A stretch of 64,000 nt of DNA from Heterodontus francisci. Its lineage: Eukaryota. Under the pieces are notes generated by a model that was not told the DNA's origin, made no database searches, and saw only the letters and a program-made list of their open reading frames with translations. Positions 39,305 through 52,579 of the stretch are shown one piece after another. The number at the start of each line of letters is the position of its first letter. Within the stretch, counting starts at the first letter, position 1. The position numbers and the translations under genes are program-made. The stretch is taken from positions 4,898,001 through 4,962,000 of the forward strand of contig NW_027140442.1 of assembly GCF_036365525.1 (NCBI RefSeq), in the 5' to 3' direction.

Positions 39305-39880
39305 ATTATATAGGGCCTTGGTGAGGCTACACCTGGAATATTGTGTGCAGTTTTGGTCTCTTTATCTGAAAAAGGATGTTCTTATTGTAGAGGGAGTGCA
39401 GCGAAGGTTTACCAGACTGGATGGCGGGACAGACGTATGAGGAGAGATTGAGTCGGTTAGGATTATTTTCCCTGGAGTTCAGAAGAGTGAGGGGGGATCT
39501 CATAAAATTATAACAGGACTTGACAGGGTAGATGCAGGAAGGATGTTCCCGATGGTCAGGGGAGTCCAGAACCAGGGGTCATAGTCTAAGGATACGGGGT
39601 AAACCATTCAGGACTGATATGAGGAGAAACTTCTTCACCCAGAGAGTGGTGAGCCTGTGGAATTCGCCACCACAGAAAACAGTTGAGGCTAAAACATTAT
39701 GTGTTTTCAAGAAGGAGTTAGATATAGCTCTTGGGTCCAAAGAGATCAAAGGGTAAGGGGCGAAAGTGGGAAGAGGTTACTGAGTTGGATGATCAGCCAT
39801 GATTATGACGAATGGTGGAGCAGTCTCGAAGGGCCGAATGGCCTATCCCTGCTCCTATTTTCTAAAGGTCTATGTTTCCA
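39305..39880 (+). mobile_element. CR1 3' fragment
   Basis: SRTRGHSLRIRGKPFRTDMRRNFFTQRVVSLWNS; same subfamily as 23888-24480. Confidence 0.9.
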
Positions 39881-40720
39881 TTAGACTGCTTATCCGACAT
39901 CCAGTGCTGGGGAGCAGAAATTTCCTCAAATTAAATATTGGGAATACTGTAGCCATTATTTTCACTTCCCACTCAAAACTCCATTCCCTTGTTCCCGATT
40001 CCATCCCTCTCCCTTGTAATAGTCTGAGAATAAGCTAGTCTGTTTGCAACTTCAGTGTCATATCTGACCAGGGAATGAGTTTCCAAAGACCATCGCTGCA
40101 ACTGCCTATTTTCACCTCTGTAATAGCGCCCGACCTCGCGCCTGTTTCAGCTCATCTGCTGCTGAAACTCTCATTCATGCCTTTCTTTCCTTTAGACTTG
40201 ACAATGTTCTTTCATTTCTATTCTCTAATGGGATATGGGCGTCGCTGGGAAGGTCAGCATTTGTTGCCCATTCCTAATATTCCTTGAGAACTGAATGAAT
40301 TGTTAGGTCATTTCAGAGGGCAGTTAAGAGTGAATCACATTGCTGTGGGTCTGGAGTCACAGGGAGGCAAGACCAGCAGATTTCCTTCCTAAAGGACATG
40401 AGTGAACAAGATAGTGTTTTACAACAATCAATGAAAGTTTCATGACACCATTACTAAGAGTAGCTTTCCATTCAAGATATTAACACACTCCTGGCTCTTC
40501 TCACACATGCTACTCTTTGTAAACTTGAGGTCATCCAAACTGTGCTGATCTTGTCTTAAATCACGCCAAATCTCTTTTCCCTATCATTGACCGACATTGG
40601 CTCCCAGGCAAGCAATGTCTTGATTTGAAAATTATCATCCTTGTTTACAACTCCCTCCATGATTTCGCACCTCCCTATCTCTGTATTCTCCTCCAGCCCT
40701 ACAAACCCCCGAAATACCTG

Positions 40721-42712
40721 TTAGAATTAGAATTAGAACATGACAGCGCAGTACAGGCCCTTCGGCCCTCGATGTCGCGCCGACCTGTGAAACCATCTGA
40801 CCTACACTATTCCATTTTCATCCATATGTCTATCCAATGACCACTTAAATGCCCTTAAAGTTGGCGAATCTACTACTGCTGCAGGCAGGGCGTTCCACGC
40901 CCTTACCAATCTCTGAGTAAAGAAACTACCTCTCACATCTGTCCGATATCTATCACCCCTCAACTTGAAGCTATGTCCCCGCGTGCTTGCCATCACCATC
41001 CGAGGAAAAAGACGCTCACTATCCACCATATCTAACCCTCTGATTATCTTATATGTCTCTATTAAGTCACCTCTCCTCCTCCTTCTCTCCAACGAAAACA
41101 ACCTCAAGTCCCTCAGCCTTTCCTCATAAGAGATTCCCTCCATACCAGGCAACATCCTAGTAAATCTCCTCTGCACCCTCTACATAGCTTCCACATCCTT
41201 TCTATAATGCGGTGACCAGAACTGCACGCAATACTCCAGGTGCGGTCTCACCAGAGTTTTGTACAGCTGCAGCATGACCTCGTGGCACCGAAACTCGATC
41301 CCCCTACTAATAAAACCTAACACACCATATGCCTTCTTAACAGCCCTATTAACCTAGGTAGCAACCTTCAGGGATTTATGCACCTGGACACCAAGATCTC
41401 TCTGTTCATCTACACTACCAAGAATCTTCCAATTAGCCCAGTACTCTGCATTCCTGTTATTCCTTCCAAAGTAAATCACCTCGCACCTTTCCGCATTAAA
41501 CTCCATTTGCCATCTCTCAGCCCAGCTCTGCAGCCTATCTATGTCCCTCTGTACCCTACAACATCCTTCGGCACTATCCACAACTCCACCGACCTTAGTG
41601 TCATCTGCAAATTTACTAACCCACCCTTCTACACCCTCTTCCAGGTGATTTATAAAAATGACAAACAGCAGTGGCCCCAAAACAGATCCTTGCGGTACAC
41701 CACTAGTAACTAAACTCCAGGATGAACATTTGCCATCAACCAATTCAGCTAGCCAATTTCTGATCCAAAGCTCTAAATCACCTTCAACACCATACTTCCG
41801 TATTTTCTGCAATAGCCTACCGTGGGGAACCTTATCAAACGCCTTACTGAAATCCATATACACCACATCCACTGCTTTACCCTCATCCACCTGTTTGGTC
41901 ACCTTCTCGAAAAACTCAATAAGGTTTGTGAAGCACGACCTACCCGTCACAAAACCGTGCTGACTATCTCTAATGAACTTATTCTTTTCAAGATGATTAT
42001 AAATCCTGTCTCTTATAACCTTTTCCAACATTTTACCCACAACCGAAGTAAGGCTCACAGGTCTATAATTACCAGGGCTGTCTCTACTCCCCTTCTTGAA
42101 CAAGGGGACAACATTTGCTATCCTCCAGTCTTCCAGCACTATTCCTGTCGACAATGACGACATAAAGATCAAGGACAAAGGCTCTGCAATCTCCTCCCTA
42201 GCTTCCCAGAGAATCCTCGGATAAATCCCATCTGGCCCACGGGACTTATCTATTTTCACACTTTCCAAAATTGATAACACCTCCTCCTTGTGAACCTCAA
42301 TCCCATCTAGCCTGGTAGTCTGTATCTCAGTATTCTCCACGACAACATTTTCTTTCTCTACTGTAAATACTGACGAAAAATATTCATTTAACGCTTCCCC
42401 TATCTCCTCTGATTCCGCACACAACTTCCCACTACTGTCCTTGATTGGCCCTAATCTAACTCTAGTCATTCTTTTATTCCTGATATACCTATAGAAAGCC
42501 TTAGGCTTTTCCCTGATCCTATCCGCCAATGACTTCTTGTGTCCTCTCCTTGCTCTTCTTGCTCTCCCTTTTGATCCTTCCTGGCTAGCTTGTCGCTCTC
42601 AAGCGCCCTAACTGAGCCTTCACGTCTCATCCTAACATAAGCCTTCTTCTTCCTCTTGACAAGCGCTTCAACATCTTTAGTGAACCACGGCTCCCTCGCT
42701 CGACAACTTCCT
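40721..42712 (-). mobile_element. 5'-truncated young CR1, same subfamily as 1776-5940
   Basis: Near-identical RT translation with a 15-bp deletion near 41742, a premature stop at 41354 and a (TTCTAA)n tail. Confidence 0.95.
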
Positions 42713-42900
42713 GTGCTCCTCTAATTCTGGCCTCTCGTGCATCCGTAATGCTGCATTATTGGCAGCTTTGTCTTCAGCTGCCTCGGCCCCAAGTTCTATA
42801 ATATCCTCTCTGCTCCTCTCCGCCTCGCTGTCCCGTTTCAGGCACTCCTTAAACCCTACCTCTTTGACCAAGCTTCTTGTCATCTAACCTAATATCTCCT

Positions 42901-43240
42901 TTTAGTTTAGAGATACAGCACTGAAACAGGCCCTTCGGGCCACTGAGTCTGTGCCGACCATCAACCACCCATTTATACTAATCCGACACTAATTCCTACC
43001 ACATCCCCACCTGCCCCTATACTTCCCGACCACCTACCGATACTAGGGGCAATTTATAATGTCCAATTTACCAATCAACCTGCAAGTCTTTGGCATGTGG
43101 GAGGCAACCGGAGCACCCGGAGGAAACCCACGCAGAAACAGGGAGAACTTTCAAACTCCACACAGGCAGTAACCAGAATTGAACCCCGGTCGCTGGAGCT
43201 GCGAGACTGCGGTACTAACAACTGCGCCACTGTGCTGCCC
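42901..43240 (-). mobile_element. HE1-like SINE with TSD
   Basis: Full head GGGCAGCACAGTGGCGCAG, box B GGTTCAATTC, and ATCTCCT duplicated on both sides. Confidence 0.9.
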
Positions 43241-43898
43241 AATCTCCTGTTGTGTCTCAGGTTTATACTTTGTTTCATTATATTCTTGTGAAAAATGCCT
43301 TGCGATGTTTTGTTATTTTAAAGGCACTACATACGTATAAGTGGCGCTTGTTAAAGTTTGCAGACATGTTATGACATTAACGTATCTTTGCTGCTTTCCA
43401 GTAATTATCCCATGTTTATCCAAACAACGAATTATTTTCTCCTGGGTTGTGACCTCCGAAACTTGACCCAGTGGTGACGTTGGACTGATTGGTTAGAATT
43501 TCCAGGGTTTACCACATCTCTCTTCTTTTTAAACATTTGTAACCCTCCAGTCCTCTGGTCCCATCACATATTCCAGGAGGATTGAAAGATTCTGGCCAGT
43601 GCCTCCACAATTTCCACCATGATTTCTCTCACACATTCCATCCGGACTGGGTAAGTGTTCTAAATAATTATGGTACACAATATTCTCTGTTATTATGGAT
43701 GGAAAAGGGTCAACTGAACTTGTTTGTTCAGTGACTGCAATTAATGTCAGTCTCCATGGCCCCTAATTGTATCACTGGAGGATGTCCTTCTTCTATTAAT
43801 AAGGACATACGTTCAGTGTATTGTCCCATAATGTCAGCAAGAATATCACCTCTGCACTAACAGGGATCAACAGCTCCAGAGACAGGGATAGTAAAGAT

Positions 43899-44024
43899 CA
43901 GAATCTCAGAGCAATCGGTTGTAATGTTACAACTATGGGTCGAAATCTGAGAACAATAGGTTGTCATGTTATGACAATGTATCAAAATCTGAGAACAATA
44001 GACTGGAATGTTACAACGATGGGC
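43899..44024 (+). repeat. In-frame 42-bp (14-aa) triple repeat overlapping the GPCR start
   Basis: QNLRAIGCNVTTMG / RNLRTIGCHVMTMY / QNLRTIDWNVTTMG. Confidence 0.9.
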
Positions 44025-44157
44025 AGGAGTTTCTCCTGGAATCTTTACATTCTTTCTACATTTTATGATCTGCTATCACTAGGCACTCGGATCAAGCTCA
44101 CACTTCTGTTGATTCAATTCATTTACTATCCTATGCTGGCTCTGATTGGTGTCCCTG
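43935..44157 (+). pseudogene. GPR139-like GPCR pseudogene exon 1
   Basis: MGRNLRTIG...IQFIYYPMLALIGVP+G then a GTAAG donor at 44158; same intron position and phase as the intact paralog. Confidence 0.85.
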
Positions 44158-45229
44158 GTAAGTCTCTCTATACAGCTATTAATTTTATAAACCATGTTTA
44201 ACTGCATTACTGTCCTTATATGCCTTGCTTGTTGCTTTTGTTATGCCTGACGAATCTCTTTCCCTCTGTAACCAACACTGGCCCTGAATTTCGGTTCAAT
44301 GGCATCACTGCTGCTGACACTGTGGATGCCTGGATCAATAAAACAATGCAAGATGAGCAGTCGGGCACTTCTGCCCTGGCCGTTTTTAAAGTGTTTTTTC
44401 CCCCTCTCTATCTTCCCCGATTGTGATTTGGGCTCCATAGCACCGTTGGCACCAAAACTATGGAAGCCTTGGTCCATAAAATAATGGAATCTGCGAAAAA
44501 AGACAATTCGATCTCGGCTTGCACAGTCACCATGCTGGGAATGGCTCCAGCCTGGACAGACCGAGCATGTGGTGTCAGTGTTAGGTGGAGTTTGAATGAG
44601 ACATCAATCTACCATTCCGACAGCTTTGATGTACGTCTTTGAAACTTGTTCTGTGCATGCCCACTGACCGCCTGTGTTTGTCACTCTCAGCTGAACATAC
44701 ATTAAGCAGCGCAAGGGACCCCCTCTAGTTTGATTTTAAAGGACCAGACATCGAACTTACAGGTGAGGGATTTTGACTTACTTCTGCAATTGTAAAGTTA
44801 GTGGAGGTGCTGTGGATGTTATTCTGTAGGTTGTGTTGTGCGCTACTGCAGACATTCAGAAAGGACACAGGAGTTGGTGAGCCAACTCTGGACGAGCTAT
44901 AGGGACTGCAGTTACAGTGTGTCTGGGACTGTAACATGAGCAACAAATGGAGCAGAGGCTGCAGAGAGGGGATGTTCTTGCAAAGGGGGGTGGTCTCTGC
45001 CCTACTCACCAGGGGTTTTCCAATCGCACTTTTCCTACCTACACTGAACCCAGGAGGATTGTCTGAGGTGACTCCAATTCAATAAGGAGGTGGTCACAGA
45101 TCTATGTCACCTTCTGTAACACGACCTGGAGCCTCTCATCAGTGTGAGGACGGAGCTGTCAGCGGCCGTTAAGGTCACAGTTTCATTGAATTTCTATGGA
45201 TCCGAATATTCTAGCGGTCGTTATATCCA

Positions 45230-46860
45230 ACATAGAGTCACAGAGAGTGGTCGGGGAATAGTCCTAAATTGGACAGAAGGAGGCCATTACTCCCATCGAG
45301 TCCATGCAGGTTATCTGGCAAATCGCCCGTGTCAGTCCCACTCCCCCGCTCGATCTCCATAGCCCTGCCAGTCCATTTCCATCAAGTGCCCATCCAGTTT
45401 CCTTTCAAAATCATTGATTGTCTACACTTCCACCACACTCGTGGGCAGTGAGTTGAAGGTTATTACCACTCGCTGCATAAAAAAAAGATCTTCCACACAT
45501 TTGCCTGCATCTCTTACTCGGGCAAGAGAGAATCTGAACATCTCCCCTTGGCATTCAATAGCATTACGATCGCTGAATCATCCACTATCAATATCCTAGG
45601 GGTTACCATTGACCAGAAACTGAACGGAGGTAATTATATAAATACAGTGGCTACAAGGGCAGGTCAGAGGCTCGGATTCCTGCGGTGAGTAACTCACTCC
45701 TGATTCCCCAAAGCCTGTCCACCATTTTGAAGGCACAAGTCAGGAGTGTGATGGAATACTCTCAAGTTGCCTGGATGGCTGCATTTCCAAAAACACTCAA
45801 GAAGCTCGACACCATCCAGGATAAAGCAGCCCGCTTGCCTGACACACCATCCACAAACATTCACTCTCTCCACCACCGACGCACAGCGGCAGCAGTGTGT
45901 ACCATCTCTGAGATGCACTGCAGCAACTCACCAAGGCTCCTTACAGAGCACCTTCCAAACCCCTGACCTCCGTCACTGAGAAGGACAAGGGCAGCAGATG
46001 CATGGGAACAAAACCACCTGCAGGTTCCCCTCCAAGCCACAAACCATCATGACTTGGAACTATATCGCCGTTCCTTTACTGTCACTGGGTCAAAATCCTG
46101 GAACTCCCTTCCTAACACACTGATAGTGTACCTACCCCACATGGACTGCAGCGGTTCAAGAAGGCAGCTCACCACCACCTCCTCAAGGGCAATTAGGGAT
46201 GGGTAATAAATGCTGGCCTGGCCAGCGACGCCCCCATCCCATGAGCGATACAACCTGCAGATTGTGTCTCTAGTCGTTGCTCCATCATTTAATGGAAACG
46301 GTTTTTACTTATCTAACTGATCTAAATCTGTCATAATCTTGTACTCCGCTACTATATCTTCCCTTAATCTCCTTTGTTGGAGGGAGTTCAACCCCAGATG
46401 TTTCAATCTAACCTTGTAGCTAATGTCCTCCATCCCTGCAACCATTCTGTTAAATCTCCTCTGCACCGTCTCAAGGATCTTCACTTTCTTCCTGAAGTGT
46501 GGTTACCAGAACTGGATGCAATACTCCTGCTGCAGCCTAACCAGAGCTCGACATAGGCCCATTATAACGTCCCTGCTTTTGTACTCAATGTGTCTGTTTA
46601 TGAATTCCAAGATTCCATATGCTTTACTCACCACTTTCTCAACATGTCCTGCCTCCTACAAAGATCGTTGCACATGCACCCCGGGTCCTTCTGTTCCTAC
46701 ACACTCTTTAGAACGGTGCCATTAATTATATATTGCCTCTCCGGATTCCTTCGGCTAAAATGAATCACTTCGCACTTGCCAGTATTAAATTCCATCTGAT
46801 ACCTCTCTGCCCACATTGCTGGCCTATCCGTGTTCTGTTCCAGGCGATGCATTTCATCCC
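45230..46860 (-). mobile_element. Decayed CR1 3' portion, itself split by a family-B LINE
   Basis: CR1 tail at 45230-45500 and CR1 ORF2 C-terminal homology at 46255-46860. Confidence 0.75.
45520..46245 (+). mobile_element. LINE family B 3' fragment
   Basis: KAQVRSVMEYS..LKKLDTIQDKAARL..NIHSLHHRRT, with the family 3' UTR. Confidence 0.9.
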
Positions 46861-47759
46861 CAGTGCTAGAATAACGAACCTGCCGTTGCTAGGACTGTGT
46901 GTTATCCATCGATGCACCTGTGAAGTGGGGGTGGCTGTCTACGTCATTATTTTCTCACTCAGAAGGGAGGATCAGGATGAGAGGTCCCGTGGCTATATTA
47001 GGACAGCGGGATTCCTGATGGTGTTCTTGGCTCTGCCGAGCCCCCATATCAACGGGAGCGGTGCAGGAACTGAAAAGAAACCCTGACTTCATTAATATAC
47101 AGTTGGTGTGTGAGCATGCCCAGTATATAATGTTGGTGAATGTCCACTCCCCTGGCAGCAGCCACGATACCTTCAGTCTGAAGCAGTCAGCCGGTCCCAA
47201 CATTTCTGGGCCTTCATGCAGAACCGGAATATGGCGCCTCGGAAGCAGATGTTTACGCCTTCATACAGGGCTCATGATTCTACACCCCAGAAACAACCAA
47301 TCCCCACCACTGCCACCCACTAACGTCATCAAATAATCCGTGAATAACGTAAGCGACGAAACCACCGGGAACATCGTGGAGCAGACCATCGGTGTGATGA
47401 AACAATGCTTCCGATGTCTGAACCGCTCGGGGGGATCCTTCCAGTACACTTTGGAGCAGGTGTCCGATTCATGATGTTCTTCTGCATCCTTCCGATCATC
47501 ACCATCACGGGGACACAGGCATTGCCAACAGCAATCTGAACGCCACCTCATGAGTACCAGGAGGAGGATGCTGGGGAGGAAGAGGATGAATGGAAGATAT
47601 TTCCTGGATGCCTTCAGCCAGGACAGGACAGTGTCTGCTAAGACTAGGGTTCCAAAAAGGCAACTTCGATTTACCATCATGGATCCCTATTTCCCACCGT
47701 TACGTCCATCTGAGACGCCCCATCACCGTGTCCCCTTGTCCACAATCCTGCAATAAATG

Positions 47760-49270
47760 AATCACAGAATCACAGAATGATGAAAACACAGAAGGAGGCT
47801 ATTCTGCCCATCCTGGCCGCACCAATTTTCCAAATGAGCAGTTCACCTAATTTCATTCTCCCATCGTCTCCCTGTAACACTGCACATTCCTCTGTTTCAG
47901 ATAACTGTCTAATTCCGTTTTGAAAGCCTGGATTAAATCTGCCTCCGTCACACTCTCAGGCACTGCATTCCAGATCCCAACCACTCGCTGTGTGAAAAAG
48001 TTTTCCTTCATGTTGCCTTTGCGTCATTTGCCAATCACTTTAAACTTTTCAGCTCTCGTTTTGGACCCTGTCACAAGTGGAATCAGTTATCTTTATCTAC
48101 TCTGTCCTCTCTCTTCATGATTTTGAGCACCTTTATCAAATCACCTCTCAGCCTTCCCTTCTCCAAGGAAAACATTCCTAACTTCTCCAATCCATCTTTA
48201 TTACAAAATTCCTGAACCCTGGAACCATTCTCGTGAACCTTTTCTGCACTCTCTCCAATGCCCTCACATCATTCCTAAAGTGTGACGCCCAGAACTGGAC
48301 ACATCACTCCATCTGAGGAAGAACTAGTGTCTTACATAACTTCCCTGCTCTTGTACTCGATGCCCCTATTAATAAAGCCCAGGATACTGAATGCTTCATT
48401 CACCACTCCCTCAACCTGTCCTGCCACCCTCAATGAAATATACACATATACACGCAGCTCCTTCTGCTCCTGAACCCACTTCGAACTGTTCCCTAGACTT
48501 TATATTGTCTCTCCCTGTTCTTCTTTCCTAAATGGATCACTTTTCATTTTTCTGCACAGATCTTCATCTTGCAAGTGTCCGCCCATTCCATTAATCTGTC
48601 TGTGTCCTTTTGAAGTTCTATCAATTACAATTCACAGTACTTTTTTTGGAATTTTGGAATTGCGACCTGTACAACAAGGTTTAGGTCATAAATATATATC
48701 AGGAAAAGCAAGAGTACCTGGGGCAGTCCACGATAAGCATTCGTCCAACTCGAAATACATCCATTAACCAACACTCTCCGTTTTCTGTTATGCAGACAAT
48801 TTCGTATCCATATTGCGACTATCACTTTTAGTACAGGAGCTATAAATGTATTCACTTGTCTGTTGTTTGGCACTGTATCAAACACCTTTTGAAGGTCCTT
48901 GTATACCACATCAACAGCATTGCCCTCAACAAGCCTCTTTGTTACCTCTCTAAAAACTCCAGCAATCATGATTTTCCTTCATGAAATCTGTGCTGGCTTT
49001 ACTTAAGAAATCGGCATTTGATCCTGTAACTATTCATTTTGGCCCACATCATTCTGTCTAGAATTTCCCACACCACCGAAGTTTAACTGACTGGCCTGCA
49101 GTTTCTGGGTTTATCGTTACACCCTTTTTTGAACAAGGGGGTAACGTTTGCAATTCTCCAGTCTGCTGGCACCACTCCAGAATCTAACAAAGAGTGGCAA
49201 ATTATGGCCAGTGCCTCAGCATATTCCACTCTCACTTCGCTCAGTATCCATGGATGCATCTTTTCCGGTC
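47760..49270 (-). mobile_element. Decayed CR1
   Basis: DWRIANVTPLFKKG, EGNAVDVVYKDLQKVFDTVP and a (TTCTGTGA)n-like tail. Confidence 0.8.
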
Positions 49271-49279
49271 CTGGCACGT

Positions 49280-51612
49280 TATAAAGAACAAAGAAGAACG
49301 AAAATTGCAGCACAGGAACAGCCCCTTCAAGCCTGCGCCGATCCAGATCCTCTATCTAAACATGACGCCTATTTTCTAAGGGTCTGTATCTCTTTAGATT
49401 AGATTAGATTAGAGATACAGCACTGAAACAGGCCCTTCGGCCCACCGAGTCTGTGCCGAACATCAACCACCCATTTATACTAATCCAACACTAATCCCAT
49501 ATTCCTACCAAACATCCCCACCTGTCCCCATATTTCCCTACCACCTACCTATGCGAGTGACAATTTATAATGGCCAATTTACCTATCAAACTGCAAGTCT
49601 TTTGGCTTGTGGGAGGAAACCGGAGCACCCGGAGAAAACCCACACAGACACAGGGAGAACTTGCAAACTCCACACAGGCAGTACCCGGAATCGAACCCGG
49701 GTCCCTGGAGCTGTGAGGCTGCAGTGCTAACCACTGCGCCACTGTGCCGCCCTGTTACTTCCTGCCCATTCATGTATATGTCTAGATACATCTTAAAAGA
49801 CGCTATCGTGGCCGCGTCTACCAACCTCCACTGGCAACGCGTTCCAGGCACCCACCACCCTCTGCATCAAGAACTTTCCACGCATATCCCCCCTAAACTT
49901 TTCCCCTCTCACTTTGAATTTGTGACCCCGAGTAATTGAATCCCCCACTCTGGGAAAAAGCTTCTTGCTATCCACCCTGTCAATACCTCTCATGATTTCG
50001 TACACCTCAATCAGGTCCCCCCTCAACCTCCGTTTTACTAATGAAAATAATCCTAATCTACTCAACCTCTCTTCATAGCTAGCCCCCTACACACCAGGCA
50101 AAATCCTGGTGAACCTCCTCTGCACCCTCTCCAAAGCATCCACATCCTTTTGGTAATGTGGCGACCAGAACTGCACGCAGTATTCCAAATGTGGCCGAAC
50201 CAAAGTGCGATACAACTGTAACATGACCTGCCAACTCTTGTACTCAATACCCCGTCCGATGAAGGAAAGCACGGATCCCTGTGGAACACCACTGGTCACA
50301 CGTCTCCATTTTGAGAAACTCCCTTCCACTGCTACTCTCTGTCTCCTGTTGCCCAGCCAGTTCTTTATCCATCTAGCTAGTACACATTGGACCCCATGCG
50401 CCTTCACATTCTCTATCAGCCTACCATGGGGAACCTTATCAAACGCCTTACTGAAGTCCATGTATCTGACATCTACAGCCCTTCCCTCATCAGTCAACTT
50501 TGTCACTTCCTCAAAGAATTCTGTTAAGTTGGTAAGACATGACCTTCCCTGCACAAAACCATGTTGCCTATCACTGATAAGTCCATTTTCTTCCAAATGG
50601 GAATAGATCCTATCCCTCAGTAACTTCTCCAGCAGCTTCCCTACCACTGACGTCAGGCTCACCGGTCTATAATTACCTGGATTATCCCTGCTACCCTTCT
50701 TAAACAAGGGGTCAACATTAGTAATTCTCCAGTCCTCCGGGACCTCATCCGTGTTTAAGAATGCTGCAAAGCTATCTGTTAAGGCCTCAGCTATTTCCTC
50801 TCTCGCTTCCCACAGTAACATGGGATAGATCCCATCTGGACCTGGGGACTTGTCCACCTTAATGCCTTTTAGAATAACCAACACTTCCTCCCTCCTTATG
50901 CCGACTTGACCTAGAGTAATCAAACATCTGTTCCTAACCTCAACATCCTTCATGTCCCTCGCCACGGTAAATACCGATACAAAGTACTCGTTTATAATCT
51001 CACCCATTATCTCTGACTCCACGCATAACTTTCCTCCTTTGTCCTTGAGTGGGCCAATCCTTTCTCTGGTTACCCTCTTATTCCTTCTATATGAATAAAA
51101 GGCCTTGGGATTTTCCTTAACCCTGTTTGCTAAAGATATTTCATGACCCCTTTTAGCCCTCTTAATTCCTCGTTTCAGATTGGTCCTACATTCCCGATAT
51201 TCTTTCAAAGCTTCGTCTTTCTTCAGCCACCTAGACCTCATGTAAGCTTCCTTTTTCCTCTTAGCTAGTCTCACAATTTCACCTGTCATCCATGGTTCCC
51301 TAATCTTGCCAGTTCTATCCCTCATTTTCACAGGAACATGTCTCTCCTGCACGCTAATCAACCTCTCTTTAAACGCCTCCCACATATCACATGTGGATTT
51401 ACCTTCAAACAGCTGCTCCCAATCTACATTCCCCAGCTCCTTCCGAATTTTGGAATAGTTGGCCTTCCCCCAATTTAGCACTCTTCCTTTCGGACCACTC
51501 TCGTCTTTGTCCATGAGTATTCTAAAACTTACGGAATTGTGATCACTATTCCCAAAGTAGTCCCCTACTGAAACTTCAACCACCTGGCCGGGCTCATTCC
51601 CCAACACCAGGT
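49280..51612 (-). mobile_element. CR1 ORF2 fragment with internal deletion of the RT catalytic segment
   Basis: The 506-aa ORF joins GVPQGSVL directly to SFIGRGIEY near 50270, so FADD is absent. Confidence 0.9.
49393..49752 (-). mobile_element. Full-length HE1-like SINE
   Basis: Box A TGGCGCAGTGG, perfect box B GGTTCGATTCC and a (CTAAT)n tail. Confidence 0.93.
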
Positions 51613-52579
51613 CTGTGTTCGTCTATTAGTGGACTCTGATTTTAATCTTTTCATCATTGGTGGTTGTACCTTCAGTTGCCTGGGCCCTAAACTCTGAAAT
51701 ACTCTCTCCACACTTCTCCACCTCACGTTCTGCCTTTACGACACTCCTTAAAACCTCCTTTTCTGATCCAGCTTTTTGCCATCATACCGTCACTCTCGCT
51801 ATGTGACTTATTCAAGGGGGCATAGACAGGGTGGTGGAATGGGCAGTTGTTTTTGTTGTTTCTGCCCATTCCTCCACCCTATCTATGCCCTGTTGAACTC
51901 TATTAATATCTTCCTCACCCTTCACTGCTCTTCCACGGTTCATGACTTCGGCAAATGTCAACACCGTGACCTGAAGCCGGAAGTCTGAGGCATTATTGTA
52001 TATCAGAAGCAACAGTGCGACTGGTGGAACCCTTGAGAAATGCACTGTATACCTCCCTCCAGTCTGAAAAACAGTCATTCACCACAGTGTTGACAAAAGA
52101 CCTCCTGTAATCTGTTACTCACCTCGTCAATATTTACTGGGGTCTACTTTATTATAAACCTGCTAGTACTCATGTTTGATTTAACCCTCTGATTTTAATA
52201 ACTTCTTAATCCACTCCTAATTCCAGTTGAAGTCCGTTGGTTAAAAAATTCTATTTCCCAATCCAATCATGATTGTATAATTTAAACCCTGGAATTAAAT
52301 GGGTTTCCAGGAGCCAAGATAGAAGGCGGAGGGGCCCAGACAGTGGTGATGTAGACAACATTCCTACCCAGAGATCACTTGAGGTCTCTAAGTGGAACTA
52401 CACGATCGGTTGATGGGAGCCCCACAACTTGTGCATGACGCCCAGCAAAACAAGGCAGCCCCTCTGCAGAATTGGGGGAGGCCTCCTCCGAAGGGTAATA
52501 CGTGGCCCATGGACCGGCACCGAACAGCAAAGACTTCTTCTGCAATAAACCCCTCCGCAATCAGCCAGCCCCCTCACCA

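Larger units (their letters stand above)
39880..43335 (+). mobile_element. Old L2-like LINE remnant fragmented by younger CR1 and SINE insertions
   Basis: Sequence ending CCTCCAGCCCTACAAACCCCCGAAATACCTG (40720) resumes as TGCTCCTCTAATTCTGGCCTC (42714), and again after the SINE, ending AAAGGCACTACATACGTATAAGT. Confidence 0.6.
44279..47760 (+). mobile_element. Second decayed Harbinger (HARBI1-like transposase) interrupted by LINEs
   Basis: KEVVTDLCHLL and RTELSAAVKVTVSLNFYGS (45085-45200), then NIQLVCEHAQYIMLVNVHSPGSSHD and NIVEQTIGVMKQCFRCLNRSGGSFQY (47090-47450). Confidence 0.8.
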
